Of a DNA stretch of 64,000 nucleotides, positions 27,311-37,049 are shown in pieces. The notes beneath the pieces were generated by a model. The model made no database searches. It saw nothing but the letters and a program-made list of their open reading frames with translations, and was not told the origin of the DNA. This DNA is from an uncultured Spirochaetota bacterium (GTDB lineage: Bacteria > Spirochaetota > Spirochaetia > SZUA-6 > Fen-1364). The first letter of the stretch is position 1. Each line of letters begins with the position of its first letter. The stretch is taken from positions 1,408,001-1,472,000 of the forward strand of contig CAWGAA010000001.1 of the NCBI GenBank assembly GCA_963820525.1, read 5' to 3'. A program made the translations under genes and the position numbers.

Positions 27311-28221
27311 GCGTATACGACATCGCGTTCGTCGGTCACGTCTGCTGGGACGAGATCGTGCCGTTCAGCGGAGAGGCGCGCGTCTCACCGGGGAGCGCCG
27401 TGCTCCAGGGCGCAATTGCGGCCGCGCGCGTGGGAATGAAGACCGCCGTCATCACGAAACGGGCGCCGGGAGACGACGAGGTGGTTCAGGAGCTTGCCGG
27501 AGCCGGCGTCGCGGTCTTCGCTGCCGATGCCGCCCAGACGAGCCGGATGCGCGTGCTCCACCCCAGCGCCAATCCCGATGAAAGGAAGATGGTGCTCCTG
27601 AAAAGCGCCGGCCCCTTCTCCGCAGCGGAAACCCCCGCGGTGGATGCGGTCTGGATGCACCTTGCCGGCATCTCGGATCAGGAGTTCAGCCTCCCGTTTA
27701 TCGAGGCAATGAAGGGCAGGGGATACGATCTCTCTATAGATCTCCAGAGCGTGGTGCGCCAGGTGGACCCCGCCACGAAAGAAGTCTGCTTTGCGGGAAG
27801 CTCGGCGGCTCGGCGAATCGTGTCGCGCATGGAGCAGGTGAAGCTGGACGGCGTGGAAGCCGAGGTGCTCACGGGTCTTGCCGACGTACGCGCCGCGTGC
27901 CGGCTCATCCTGTGCTGGGGATGCCCCGAGGTGATGGCGACAACCTCCCAGGGAGTGCTCGTGAACCGGCAGGGACGAGAGCTTTGGGAGCCCTTCACCA
28001 ACAGGTCAATCGTTGGACGGACGGGAAGGGGAGATACCGTGTTCGCCGCCTATCTGGCACGGAGATTCACGCATTCTCCTGAAGAGGCGCTGAAGTTCGC
28101 GGCAAGCCTTGTATCGATCAAGATGGAGACTCCCGGGCCCTTCCGGGGCACCGTCATGGACGTTGAAAAAAGAATGCGGCAAGACGGGCGGACGGCGATG
28201 AGCGCGCGGCAGAGCCGTTGA
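27307..28221 (+). CDS. PfkB/ribokinase-family carbohydrate kinase
   Basis: GHVCWD at the N-terminus and GRTGRGDT at the C-terminus; ATGA overlap with GH65. Confidence 0.8.
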   Translation: MSVYDIAFVGHVCWDEIVPFSGEARVSPGSAVLQGAIAAARVGMKTAVITKRAPGDDEVVQELAGAGVAVFAADAAQTSRMRVLHPSANPDERKMVLLKSAGPFSAAETPAVDAVWMHLAGISDQEFSLPFIEAMKGRGYDLSIDLQSVVRQVDPATKEVCFAGSSAARRIVSRMEQVKLDGVEAEVLTGLADVRAACRLILCWGCPEVMATTSQGVLVNRQGRELWEPFTNRSIVGRTGRGDTVFAAYLARRFTHSPEEALKFAASLVSIKMETPGPFRGTVMDVEKRMRQDGRTAMSARQSR

Positions 28222-28262
28222 AGGCTGGGGCCGGCGGCGCGCCGCGCGAATCATGCCCGCGG

Positions 28263-29132
28263 CTAGTATCCCCTCTTTCGGAAGGTATTCGGCGTGACCC
28301 CGATCAGCTTCTGAAACGCCTTGCAGAAGTAGTTCACGTCCTTGTACCCGCAGCGCCAGGCCACCTCCTTGATCATCAGGCTCTCCGAGAGAAGTATCTC
28401 GCAGGCCTTGTTGATGCGCAGGTGCTCGAGGTAGTCGTGAGGAGACATGTCGACCGCCTCCTTGAACAGCCTGCTGAAGTGGTAGCGGCTGTACCCTACG
28501 GCGCTGGCGATATCGCTCACCTGGATTGCATGGTCGTAGTTCTGCCTGCAGAAATCCTTGGCTTTCTCTATGAAGGCGGGCTCCACGGCTCCCTGGAACC
28601 TGGGCTGCATCTCCATGAGCAGGTCCATGGCGAACTCGTACGCGAGACAGGACAGGGTATAGGGTGAATGGGTGTCGAGGTGGGATGCAAGGTTGTGGAT
28701 CTGCAGGAAGACCTTGAAGAGGGGGGAGGTGTCTCGAATGCTCACCATGGGCACGCACTTCTCCTCGATGGAGTGGAAGACCCGAAGGACTTCGGCCCCC
28801 GCGAGGCAGACGTAGATAAAGCGCCATTCCCGGGATTCCTCGGGCAGGAAGTAGCGATGATTGTGGGGGATGTGCAGCAGCATGGCCTTGCCCTTGTCCA
28901 CCTTGTACTGGCTGTTCTCGTACTGGAGCATTCCCCAGCCGGAGATGGTGTACTGGAACAGGGCGATGCCGCGATCTCCCCTTTTCATGCCGTCCCAATC
29001 GTAGCTTCTCTCGGTCTCGATCCCGTAGCCGCAGCTCACGACAAGGGAGTGCAGCGGATACTCCTCTTTCTTTGGAAGGACGCGGAAATCCCGTACGGGA
29101 AGGCTCTCGATCTTCTTCCAAACCGACTCCAC
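28263..29132 (-). CDS. AraC-family transcriptional regulator
   Basis: Cupin-like N-domain plus a double HTH (IASAVGYSRYHFSRLFK, EVAWRCGY..YFCKAF..GVTP). Confidence 0.95.
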   Translation of the reverse strand: MESVWKKIESLPVRDFRVLPKKEEYPLHSLVVSCGYGIETERSYDWDGMKRGDRGIALFQYTISGWGMLQYENSQYKVDKGKAMLLHIPHNHRYFLPEESREWRFIYVCLAGAEVLRVFHSIEEKCVPMVSIRDTSPLFKVFLQIHNLASHLDTHSPYTLSCLAYEFAMDLLMEMQPRFQGAVEPAFIEKAKDFCRQNYDHAIQVSDIASAVGYSRYHFSRLFKEAVDMSPHDYLEHLRINKACEILLSESLMIKEVAWRCGYKDVNYFCKAFQKLIGVTPNTFRKRGY

Positions 29133-29143
29133 GGCTCGAGGAT

Positions 29144-29218
29144 AGCACGAATTTGCTATGAATGAAACACGAAAAACACAAATGTCCGCGAAATAGCAAA
29201 TTTGTGTGATTTACAGGC
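29144..29218 (+). promoter_or_regulatory. Copy 2 of the 75-bp regulatory box, upstream of the ABC operon and overlapping the araC promoter
   Basis: 55/75 identity to 24638-24712; contains the inverted repeat TAGCA-6 nt-TGCTA and a TAGCAAATTTGT site next to the -35. Confidence 0.75.
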
Positions 29219-29354
29219 AGGGGAATCGGAAGAAAATGGCATGCGTGTATCCTGTTGAGGCTCGCAGTCCGGAGAGCGTCGTTTGAAAAACAGGGCGTTC
29301 AGGCTATCCTAAGCACTGTTAGTGCTTTTTGACATCTTCAAAGGGGGAAGGTTT

Positions 29355-30617
29355 ATGAAGATAAGGACATGCGTTTTTCTGCTTCTCGCCGTCCTGCTTG
29401 TGTCCGCCAACTCATTTGCCTCGGGCCAGGGAGAGGCGAAGGGCCAGAAGGTCACCGTGTCGATTCTCGCGGGTCAGTCCACCACCGACGCGGGAATAGA
29501 GGATATGATCGACAAGGCCATGGCGGTCAAGTATCCCAACATCACGCTGCAGTGGGAAACCGTGGACTGGGGCAAGGATTTCCAGCCCAAGATGCAGCAG
29601 TACATCCAGTCCGGCCTGCCCGACATCATGGTTGGCAAGGCCCAGGACATTGCCACCTACGGCTCGATGGGCAAGCTTGCCGACCTGACGGGAAAGCCGT
29701 ACCTGACCAGGGTGCTGGACGCGGCCATTCCCGGCGTCACCATCAAGGGCAAGACGTACGGCCTGGTCTACAACGCGTTTTGCCAGGGCGTGTACTACAA
29801 CAGGAAGCTCTTCAACGACAACGGCATCAAGGTCCCCACTACTCTCACCGAGCTTCAGACCGTCATCAACAAGTTCAAGGCGCTGGGCATCACACCCTTC
29901 GCCACCCACTTTGTGGACACCTGGAGCATCGGAAACATCACGATGCAGTTCGCCATCAACGACGTGTTCAACAAGACCCCGGACTGGGGAGACCAGCTTC
30001 GCGCGGGAAAGGCGTCCTTCGCCAAGTCCGCCGCGTACAGGAACGTCTACGGCTACAACAAGCTCATCTACGATAATACGTGGAAGGGCGAGACCTTCTC
30101 CCTGGCCCAGACCGACTGCGACGCGCGGCTGGTGCAGGGCAAGGCGGCCATGAAGGTCTCCGGCTCGTGGTCCATCCAGAACTTCCTCAACGTGGACCCT
30201 GACTTCGATTTCGGCGTGTTCCCCTTCCCCAACCAGACCGGGGATGCCAAGCTCATCTTCGAGCCCAACATGACATGGATGAAGAGCGCGACCACGAAGA
30301 ACTCCGACGCCGTCGACGCGGTGTTCGACGTCATCACGAGCGACAAGGCGCTGGCCCTCGAGATCTACAACTTCACGAAGACCGCCTCCATGCTCAAGGG
30401 CGTGAGCCCCACCTTCAAGAACCCCAGCCAGAAGGATATTGACAAGTACGCCGCAGCCGGTATGATGATCGACGCCAACATCGGCAACAACCAGCTGAAA
30501 TGGGGCGGCTTTCAGGAGGAGAACGCCAAGGACATCGCGATGTGGCTCCAGGGCAAGGCGAGCCTCGATGACGCTCTTTCGGCCTCCGACGACAGAAGGG
30601 CAGCGAGCAAGCCGTAA
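29355..30617 (+). CDS. Carbohydrate ABC transporter substrate-binding protein
   Basis: Signal peptide, GVYYNRKLF and GKAAM..GSW motifs; precedes two permeases. Confidence 0.9.
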   Translation: MKIRTCVFLLLAVLLVSANSFASGQGEAKGQKVTVSILAGQSTTDAGIEDMIDKAMAVKYPNITLQWETVDWGKDFQPKMQQYIQSGLPDIMVGKAQDIATYGSMGKLADLTGKPYLTRVLDAAIPGVTIKGKTYGLVYNAFCQGVYYNRKLFNDNGIKVPTTLTELQTVINKFKALGITPFATHFVDTWSIGNITMQFAINDVFNKTPDWGDQLRAGKASFAKSAAYRNVYGYNKLIYDNTWKGETFSLAQTDCDARLVQGKAAMKVSGSWSIQNFLNVDPDFDFGVFPFPNQTGDAKLIFEPNMTWMKSATTKNSDAVDAVFDVITSDKALALEIYNFTKTASMLKGVSPTFKNPSQKDIDKYAAAGMMIDANIGNNQLKWGGFQEENAKDIAMWLQGKASLDDALSASDDRRAASKP

Positions 30618-30652
30618 GGGCCTCGCGCCGACGAGCTGGAGAATCGAAAAAT

Positions 30653-30690
30653 GCAGGGGGATGAGGCCTCTCGTTCCCCTGCTTTTTCTT
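30653..30690 (+). terminator. Intrinsic terminator/attenuator after the SBP gene
   Basis: GCAGGGGGATGAG-gcct-CTCGTTCCCCTGC stem followed by TTTTTCTT. Confidence 0.7.
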
Positions 30691-30707
30691 GAGCGGAGAC
30701 TGAAGCC

Positions 30708-31589
30708 ATGTATCAAAAATCGATCAAGCGCACGGAGCTTCTCCAGTACACTTCATTGGTCCTGCCGGGGCTCATCGTATTCACCGTCGGCCTGATCGTC
30801 CCCATGATTCTCGCCTTCGGCTACTCTCTCACGAGCTGGAATGGGATGAGCGCGGAGAAGCCCTTCGTGGGATTGCGCAACTACATCGGCCTGTTCACGG
30901 ACAAGCTCGCCCGCGATGCATGGCTCTTCACCATCAAGTTCACTCTCACCAACACGATAATTCAGAATGTCTTCGCCCTGGCATTTGCCGTCGCTTTGGA
31001 CAGCGCCATCAAGTGGAAAAAGCTCTACAGGACCGTGTTCTTCATGCCGTGCCTCATCAGCTCCGTCATCGTGGGTTTCATCTGGCTTCGCATGTTCTCG
31101 ACCTTCCTTCCCGCACTCAACAATCTCCTTGGCCTGGACATCAATTTCCTGCTCTTCGGCTCGAGCGATACCGTTCTTTCAGGGCTCCTGATCGCCAACA
31201 ACTGGCAGTGGATAGGCTACTGGATGCTTATCTACCTGGCGGGGCTTCAATCGGTGCCGACCGAGCTGTACGAATCCGCCACCATCGACGGGGCGTCCCC
31301 ATTCGAGAAGTTCCGGCATGTAACGGCCCCCCTTCTCATCCCTGCCTTCACGATATGCTTTGTCGGAATAACGGTCGGGTCCCTGAAGGTCTACGAGCTC
31401 CTCGTCTCTTCGACCGGAGGCGGGCCCGGACGCGCCTCCACCTCTATCATCTATAACATCTATCTCACCGCCATCAGCGGACGGCAGTACGGGTACGGGT
31501 GCGCCATGTCGATCACCCTTGTCGCAGCGCTCCTGCTGGTGGCCCTCGTCCAGCTCAGGTTCTTCCGAAAGAGAGAGGTCCAGTTCTGA
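30708..31589 (+). CDS. Carbohydrate ABC transporter permease (MalF-like)
   Basis: YLAGLQSVPTELYESATIDGA (EAA loop). Confidence 0.92.
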   Translation: MYQKSIKRTELLQYTSLVLPGLIVFTVGLIVPMILAFGYSLTSWNGMSAEKPFVGLRNYIGLFTDKLARDAWLFTIKFTLTNTIIQNVFALAFAVALDSAIKWKKLYRTVFFMPCLISSVIVGFIWLRMFSTFLPALNNLLGLDINFLLFGSSDTVLSGLLIANNWQWIGYWMLIYLAGLQSVPTELYESATIDGASPFEKFRHVTAPLLIPAFTICFVGITVGSLKVYELLVSSTGGGPGRASTSIIYNIYLTAISGRQYGYGCAMSITLVAALLLVALVQLRFFRKREVQF

Positions 31590-32431
31590 TGACCACGACG
31601 ATACGCAAGCGCTCGCCCGCCACGCTCCTCACGCAGGCCCTGATGACGATCATCGCGATAGTTTTCGCGGCGCCCATCCTGATCATCGTCAACTACTCAT
31701 TCAAGACGACCAGGGAGCTGTACCTCAGCAATCCCCTCGCCCTGCCGCAGAGCTTCAATAGTGAGAATTATCTGAGCGCGTACAGAAAGCTCGACCTGGG
31801 CGTGACCTATTTCAATACCGTGCTCTATACCGTAGTGTCGGTCGCCCTACTGGCTCTGCTCTGCGGGGCGGCCGCCTGGGCCATTGCCAGATGCAAGGCC
31901 AGGTTCTTCAAGTTCGCCTATGGCTATTTCCTCCTGGGAATCCTCATCCCCTTCCAGGCGCTCTTCCTCCCCATCTACATAATCGGGTTTCGCACGGGCC
32001 TCACGAACACCCGCGTCGGGATCATCCTCATGTATATCGCCACGGGAATCTCCTTCGGGATATTCCTCATGACGAGCTTCATGTCCACTGTCCCGCTGGA
32101 ATTGGAGGAAGCCTCGCGGATAGACGGCTGCTCGATATACAGGACGTATTTTTCGATTGTCATGCCGCTCCTCAGACCCGCCATTGCCACCCTTACGATA
32201 ATGACCTCCTTCCTGACGTGGAACGACTATCTCATGGCCAACCTCTTTCTGAGCAACAAGAGCCTCAAGACCTTGACCGTAGCCATGCAGGCCCTGTTTT
32301 CACAACGCACCACGGATTACACCACCGCCATGGCCGCCGTAATCCTTTCAGCCTTGCCCGTGATGATCCTGTTCATTGCGATGCAGAGATACTTCATCAA
32401 GGGAATGACGGTGGGCGCGCTCAAGGGGTAG
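31589..32431 (+). CDS. Carbohydrate ABC transporter permease (MalG-like)
   Basis: VPLELEEASRIDG, WNDY and C-terminal GALKG motifs. Confidence 0.92.
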   Translation: MTTTIRKRSPATLLTQALMTIIAIVFAAPILIIVNYSFKTTRELYLSNPLALPQSFNSENYLSAYRKLDLGVTYFNTVLYTVVSVALLALLCGAAAWAIARCKARFFKFAYGYFLLGILIPFQALFLPIYIIGFRTGLTNTRVGIILMYIATGISFGIFLMTSFMSTVPLELEEASRIDGCSIYRTYFSIVMPLLRPAIATLTIMTSFLTWNDYLMANLFLSNKSLKTLTVAMQALFSQRTTDYTTAMAAVILSALPVMILFIAMQRYFIKGMTVGALKG

Positions 32432-32532
32432 CTGTCACGCTTGAATGCGACGCCCATACCGGAGTAGATTCCGATCTTAAGCCTTCCGCGCCGTCAAACG
32501 GCAAAACAGGACGCCGGCAAGAGGAGATCGGA

Positions 32533-34641
32533 ATGGAAAACCTTGGACCCGCAAGCGCGAAGCTTCCCCGGATGTGGCACGGCGGGGACTATAATCCCGA
32601 CCAGTGGCTTCACGACCCCGGGGTGATTTCCGAAGACATCCGCATGATGAAGCTTTGCGGATGCAATGTCATGAGCGTCGGCATCTTCGCCTGGGCCGCC
32701 CTGGAGCCCGAGGAGGGGCGGTACAGCTTCGATTGGCTGGACAGCGTCATAGGCAGGCTCCACGAGAACGGGATCTTCATAATCCTGGCCACCCCCTCCG
32801 GAGCGCGGCCGGCATGGCTGACTGAGAAATACCCGGAGGTGCTGCGCGTCGAGCCCGATATGAAGCGGAGAATGTTCGGCGGGAGACACAATCATTGCTT
32901 CACCTCGCCCGTATACCGCGAGAAAGTGGCAGCAATCAATGAGAGGCTTTCCGAGCGCTATGCCCGGCACCCGGGAGTGCTTCTGTGGCACCTGTCCAAC
33001 GAATACGGCGGGGAATGTCACTGCGATCTCTGCCAGGAAGCCTTTCGGGAGTGGCTGAAAAAAAAATACAAAAATGATCTGGCCGCTCTGAACCATGCGT
33101 GGTGGACGGCGTTCTGGAGCCATACCTTCTCGGACTGGCGGCAGATCCACTCCCCATCGCCAATCGGTGAAAGGGGGATCCACGGGCTCAACCTGGACTG
33201 GAAGCGCTTTGTCACGCACCAGACAACGGATTTCATTAAGGCCGAGATCGCGGCGCTCAGGCGCTCCGCGCCGGAGCTCCCGGTGACGACAAACCTCATG
33301 GGCACCTACGAAGGCCTTGATTACTGGAAGCTCGTACCGCACCTGGACGTGGTGTCCTGGGACAACTACCCGCAGTGGCACGGCACGGGCCCCGTGAACC
33401 ACCCCTGGGGCAGGTGGGACGTCGAGGGAAGGGACTGGAGGCTCGCTTCGGATGCGGGGTTCGTGCACGATCTCAACCGAAGCTTCAAGGCCGGAAAGCC
33501 TTTTCTGCTCATGGAAAGCTCTCCCAGCGTGATGAGCTGGACTCCCGTTTTGAAGCTCAAGCGGCCCGGAATGCACCTGGCAAGCTCGCTTCAGGCGGTG
33601 GCGCACGGTTCCGACTCCGTGCTCTATTTCCAATGGAGGAAGGGACGCGGCGGCCTGGAGAAGTTCCATGGCGCGGTTGTAGACCACGTCGCGCACGAGC
33701 ACACCAGGGTCTTTTCAGATGTGGCGGAAGCCGGGAAGGTCCTCTCCAGGCTGGATGACGTGCTCGGGACGCGGGTCCCCGTCGAGGTTGCCATCATCTT
33801 CGACTGGGAGAACCGGTGGGCAATCGACGACGCCAAGGGGCCGCTCAACGACGGGCGCAAGCTCTACGAGCGAACATGCAAGGACCATTACTACCCCTTC
33901 TGGTCCATGGGGATCGCGGCTGACGTGATCGACGAAGATCACGATTTCTCCCCCTACAGGCTGATCGTCGCGCCGATGCTCTACCTCCTGAAGGAGGGGG
34001 TGGCCGAGCGCCTCGAAGGTTTTGTCCAGGGAGGCGGCACCCTCGTTACGACATACTTGAGCGGGATCGTGGACTCGAACGACCTCTGCTTCATGGGCGG
34101 GTTTCCCGGTCCGCTTCGAAAGATTCTCGGCATCTGGTCAGAAGAGATCGATGCCCTGTACTCGGTGGAGAGGCGTTCAATCGCCATGAGTGCGGGCAAC
34201 TCACTCGGCATGAAAGGGAGCTACGAGGCGCGCGACCTCTGCGACATCGTGCACCTGGAGGGCGCCGAGGCGCTCGCCTGCTACCAGGAAGACTTCTATA
34301 AAGAATTGCCTGCCCTCACCGTGAACAGCTTCGGCGGCGGCCAGGCATACTATATGGCTTCGCGAAACGACGATAAGTTCCTGGCTGATTTCTATGCAAG
34401 CCTTTCGAAGAAGCTGGGGCTCTCGACAGCCCTCCCCCTGCCCCTGCCCGAGGGAGTGTCGGCACGGCTGCGCCGTGACGACAGAAACGAGTTTCTCTTC
34501 CTGATCAACTTCAAGCCCGAAGCACTGCGCGTGCGGCTGGGACGGGAAGAATGGGTTGACGCAGTGAGCGGTGAACGGGCTTCGCGGGCCATTGAGCTTG
34601 GCGTGTATGGGAGCCGGATACTGAGACGGCGCGTGCAGTAG
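32533..34641 (+). CDS. GH42 beta-galactosidase
   Basis: GGDYNPDQW, WHLSNEY, CHCDLC, LLMES and EKFHGA motifs; GAGGAG RBS. Confidence 0.95.
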   Translation: MENLGPASAKLPRMWHGGDYNPDQWLHDPGVISEDIRMMKLCGCNVMSVGIFAWAALEPEEGRYSFDWLDSVIGRLHENGIFIILATPSGARPAWLTEKYPEVLRVEPDMKRRMFGGRHNHCFTSPVYREKVAAINERLSERYARHPGVLLWHLSNEYGGECHCDLCQEAFREWLKKKYKNDLAALNHAWWTAFWSHTFSDWRQIHSPSPIGERGIHGLNLDWKRFVTHQTTDFIKAEIAALRRSAPELPVTTNLMGTYEGLDYWKLVPHLDVVSWDNYPQWHGTGPVNHPWGRWDVEGRDWRLASDAGFVHDLNRSFKAGKPFLLMESSPSVMSWTPVLKLKRPGMHLASSLQAVAHGSDSVLYFQWRKGRGGLEKFHGAVVDHVAHEHTRVFSDVAEAGKVLSRLDDVLGTRVPVEVAIIFDWENRWAIDDAKGPLNDGRKLYERTCKDHYYPFWSMGIAADVIDEDHDFSPYRLIVAPMLYLLKEGVAERLEGFVQGGGTLVTTYLSGIVDSNDLCFMGGFPGPLRKILGIWSEEIDALYSVERRSIAMSAGNSLGMKGSYEARDLCDIVHLEGAEALACYQEDFYKELPALTVNSFGGGQAYYMASRNDDKFLADFYASLSKKLGLSTALPLPLPEGVSARLRRDDRNEFLFLINFKPEALRVRLGREEWVDAVSGERASRAIELGVYGSRILRRRVQ

Positions 34642-34693
34642 GCCGCCGCGGCGGCTTGGTGAGCCGCTGACCGGGTGCTCCGGCGGGCATCCC

Positions 34694-36073
34694 TCACATT
34701 GCAGCGTTCGAGTCCGAAAGCGGGAACCCGTTCTCCCTGGCCACCCGGGAATACCATCGGCCGGAATCCTTCACGATCCGTTTCTGGGTGGGGTAATCCA
34801 CGTAGGTGATTCCGAAGCGCTTGGTAAACCCGAAGCCCCATTCGAAGTTGTCCATGAAGGACCAGAGGAAGTAGCCTCTCACGTCGGCGCCGTCCGCAAT
34901 AGCCTGCCGGACCGCGGCCGCATGACGGGCAACATAGCGCTGACGGACAGGATCTCTCACAACACCGCCCTTGTCCGGCTTGTCGGGAAAAGCTGTGCCG
35001 TTTTCTGTGACGTACATGAAAGCGGGCCGGTACTCCCGGCTCACGCGCAATAGGATTCGGTAGAGGCTTTCGGGAGCTATCTCCCAGTTCTCGAAGTCGG
35101 CCCTGGGAACAAAGGGCCAGTTCACCTGCTTCGCCCCAAGGAATCCGTGGCCGGGGGCGGAATCGTGGGCGATGACGCGCCGGGTGTAGTAGTTCACACC
35201 CAGGAAGTCGATGGGCACGGCCATCGTTTTCAAGTCTCCGGCCTCGATGCGCGGCGCATTTGCCCCGTACCACTCAAGCATGTCCTCGGGGTAGCGGCCG
35301 GCGAAAACGGGATCGAGGAACCAGCGGTTGAAAGCGCCGTCGTGGCGTTTGGCGGCCGCGATGTCTTTCGCTTCAGCGCTTGCGGGCTCCACCCACTCCA
35401 GGTTGTGAACGATCCCCACGGAGGCTCCGGGGCAGTTGGCACGGATCACGGGCACAGCCTTGCCATGGGAAAGGAGAATTCCGTGCGCGGCGGCCAGCGC
35501 GGTCTTCAGGTCCTTGAGGCCGGGGGCATGGGCTCCCCAGAGATGACCGACAAACGCGACAACCCAGGGCTCGTTGTGCGTCATCCAGTCCTTCACCCGG
35601 TCTGCCAGGCGCCTGGTGACTATGTCGCTGTAGCGCACGAATGCGTCGATGGTTTTCCTGTTCGTCCAGCCGCCGATGTCCTGGAGGGTTTGGGGCAGGT
35701 CCCAATGGAAGAGGGTGGCAAACGGCCTGATTCCCCGCTCGAGCATGGCATCGATGAGCCTGTCGTAGAAATCCAGGCCGCGCTCGTTCTCCGCACCCGT
35801 TCCGTCGGGAACCACGCGCGGCCAGGAGATGGAGAAGCGATAGCTTGAAAGGCCCATCTCCCGCATGAGATCGAAGTCGGACTGGAAAAGATGGTAGTGG
35901 TCGCAGGCCACCTTCCCGTTCTCGCCGTCCGCCGTTTTTCCGGGAGTGGAGGCGAAGCGGTCCCAGACGGACTCGCCCTTGCCGTCCTCGTCCCAGGCGC
36001 CCTCGATCTGGTAGGCGCTGGTCGCGGTGCCCCAGATGAATCCCTTCGGAAAGCTCACGAATTCCTGGCCCAT
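34694..36073 (-). CDS. GH1 beta-glucosidase
   Basis: FIWGTATSAYQIEG, HNEP, VTENG and WSFMDNFEW motifs. Confidence 0.95.
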   Translation of the reverse strand: MGQEFVSFPKGFIWGTATSAYQIEGAWDEDGKGESVWDRFASTPGKTADGENGKVACDHYHLFQSDFDLMREMGLSSYRFSISWPRVVPDGTGAENERGLDFYDRLIDAMLERGIRPFATLFHWDLPQTLQDIGGWTNRKTIDAFVRYSDIVTRRLADRVKDWMTHNEPWVVAFVGHLWGAHAPGLKDLKTALAAAHGILLSHGKAVPVIRANCPGASVGIVHNLEWVEPASAEAKDIAAAKRHDGAFNRWFLDPVFAGRYPEDMLEWYGANAPRIEAGDLKTMAVPIDFLGVNYYTRRVIAHDSAPGHGFLGAKQVNWPFVPRADFENWEIAPESLYRILLRVSREYRPAFMYVTENGTAFPDKPDKGGVVRDPVRQRYVARHAAAVRQAIADGADVRGYFLWSFMDNFEWGFGFTKRFGITYVDYPTQKRIVKDSGRWYSRVARENGFPLSDSNAAM

Positions 36074-36203
36074 TGAAAACCTCCGATGTTGCGGCGCCAG
36101 GGGGCGGCCCATCAGGCGGCCGCTTTTATGGGTCGTCGGGCGGCCTCATGGGACGCACGCCCGGGCAGTCCCGGCCCCGCCGAGCCGGCCCGTCCGGCAG
36201 CCC

Positions 36204-37049
36204 TCAGCCTTTCAACGCCCCCGCCGTCACGCCGGCCATTATCCTCTTGGAGAAAAAGAAGTACAGCACCAGGGGGACGACGGCCACCAGCGTCATGCAG
36301 GCGAACTGGATTGCGTAGTCCGAGCGGTAGAGGCCCTGGAACTTGATGATGGAAAAGGGAAGGGTGCGAAGATCGTCCGTGGCAAGATAGGTGTAGGCCA
36401 TGATGAACTCGTTCCAGTTTCCCAGGAAGGTCATCACGAAGACGGTGACCGTCGCCGGAGCCGCCATGGGGGCAACAACGCTCCACAGGATCCGGGGCCA
36501 GGAGGCCCCGTCCATGAAGGCGGACTCCTCCATGGATCGGGGGAGCGTTCGAAGCTGGCCGATGTAGACCAGGGCATTGAAGCTCAAGGTGAACGCGATG
36601 TACGGGATGATGAGCCCGAGGTGCGTGTCGATCAGCTTGAAGTAGTTGAACCAGATGAAGTTGGGAAGGAGCGTCGTGTGGATGGGCACCACCATCCCCA
36701 TCGTGATGGCCGCGAGCGCGAGGGGCCGCAGCTTGAATCTCATCCTTGTGACGGCGTAGGCGAGGCAGAAGGAGAGGAATGTGGAGACGAGGACCGAGCA
36801 CGAAACGACGATGGCGCTGTTGGCGAAGTACCGCGGGATCCTCCCGTCCACCCATGCCCGGACATAGTTGTTCCACTGCGGATTGGTGGGGATCTTGATC
36901 AGCTCCGGGCCGAAAAGGTCGCCCGACTTGAGGATGGAGTAGTCGAACACCCACAAAAGGGGAAAGATCTGCAGAAAGGCGAGCACGGCGAGAAAGATGA
37001 AGAGGATCGTTTTGCCTGCGAGCCTGATATCCGGCCTCCTATTGAACAT
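36204..37049 (-). CDS. Carbohydrate ABC transporter permease (MalG-like)
   Basis: LPRSMEESAFMDGA, WNEF and AGALKG motifs. Confidence 0.92.
   Translation of the reverse strand: MFNRRPDIRLAGKTILFIFLAVLAFLQIFPLLWVFDYSILKSGDLFGPELIKIPTNPQWNNYVRAWVDGRIPRYFANSAIVVSCSVLVSTFLSFCLAYAVTRMRFKLRPLALAAITMGMVVPIHTTLLPNFIWFNYFKLIDTHLGLIIPYIAFTLSFNALVYIGQLRTLPRSMEESAFMDGASWPRILWSVVAPMAAPATVTVFVMTFLGNWNEFIMAYTYLATDDLRTLPFSIIKFQGLYRSDYAIQFACMTLVAVVPLVLYFFFSKRIMAGVTAGALKG

Noticed and set aside
31891..32532. Long N-terminal extension of GH42 (916-aa ORF)
   Set aside because: It overlaps the permease in another frame. The RBS and family motifs start at 32533.
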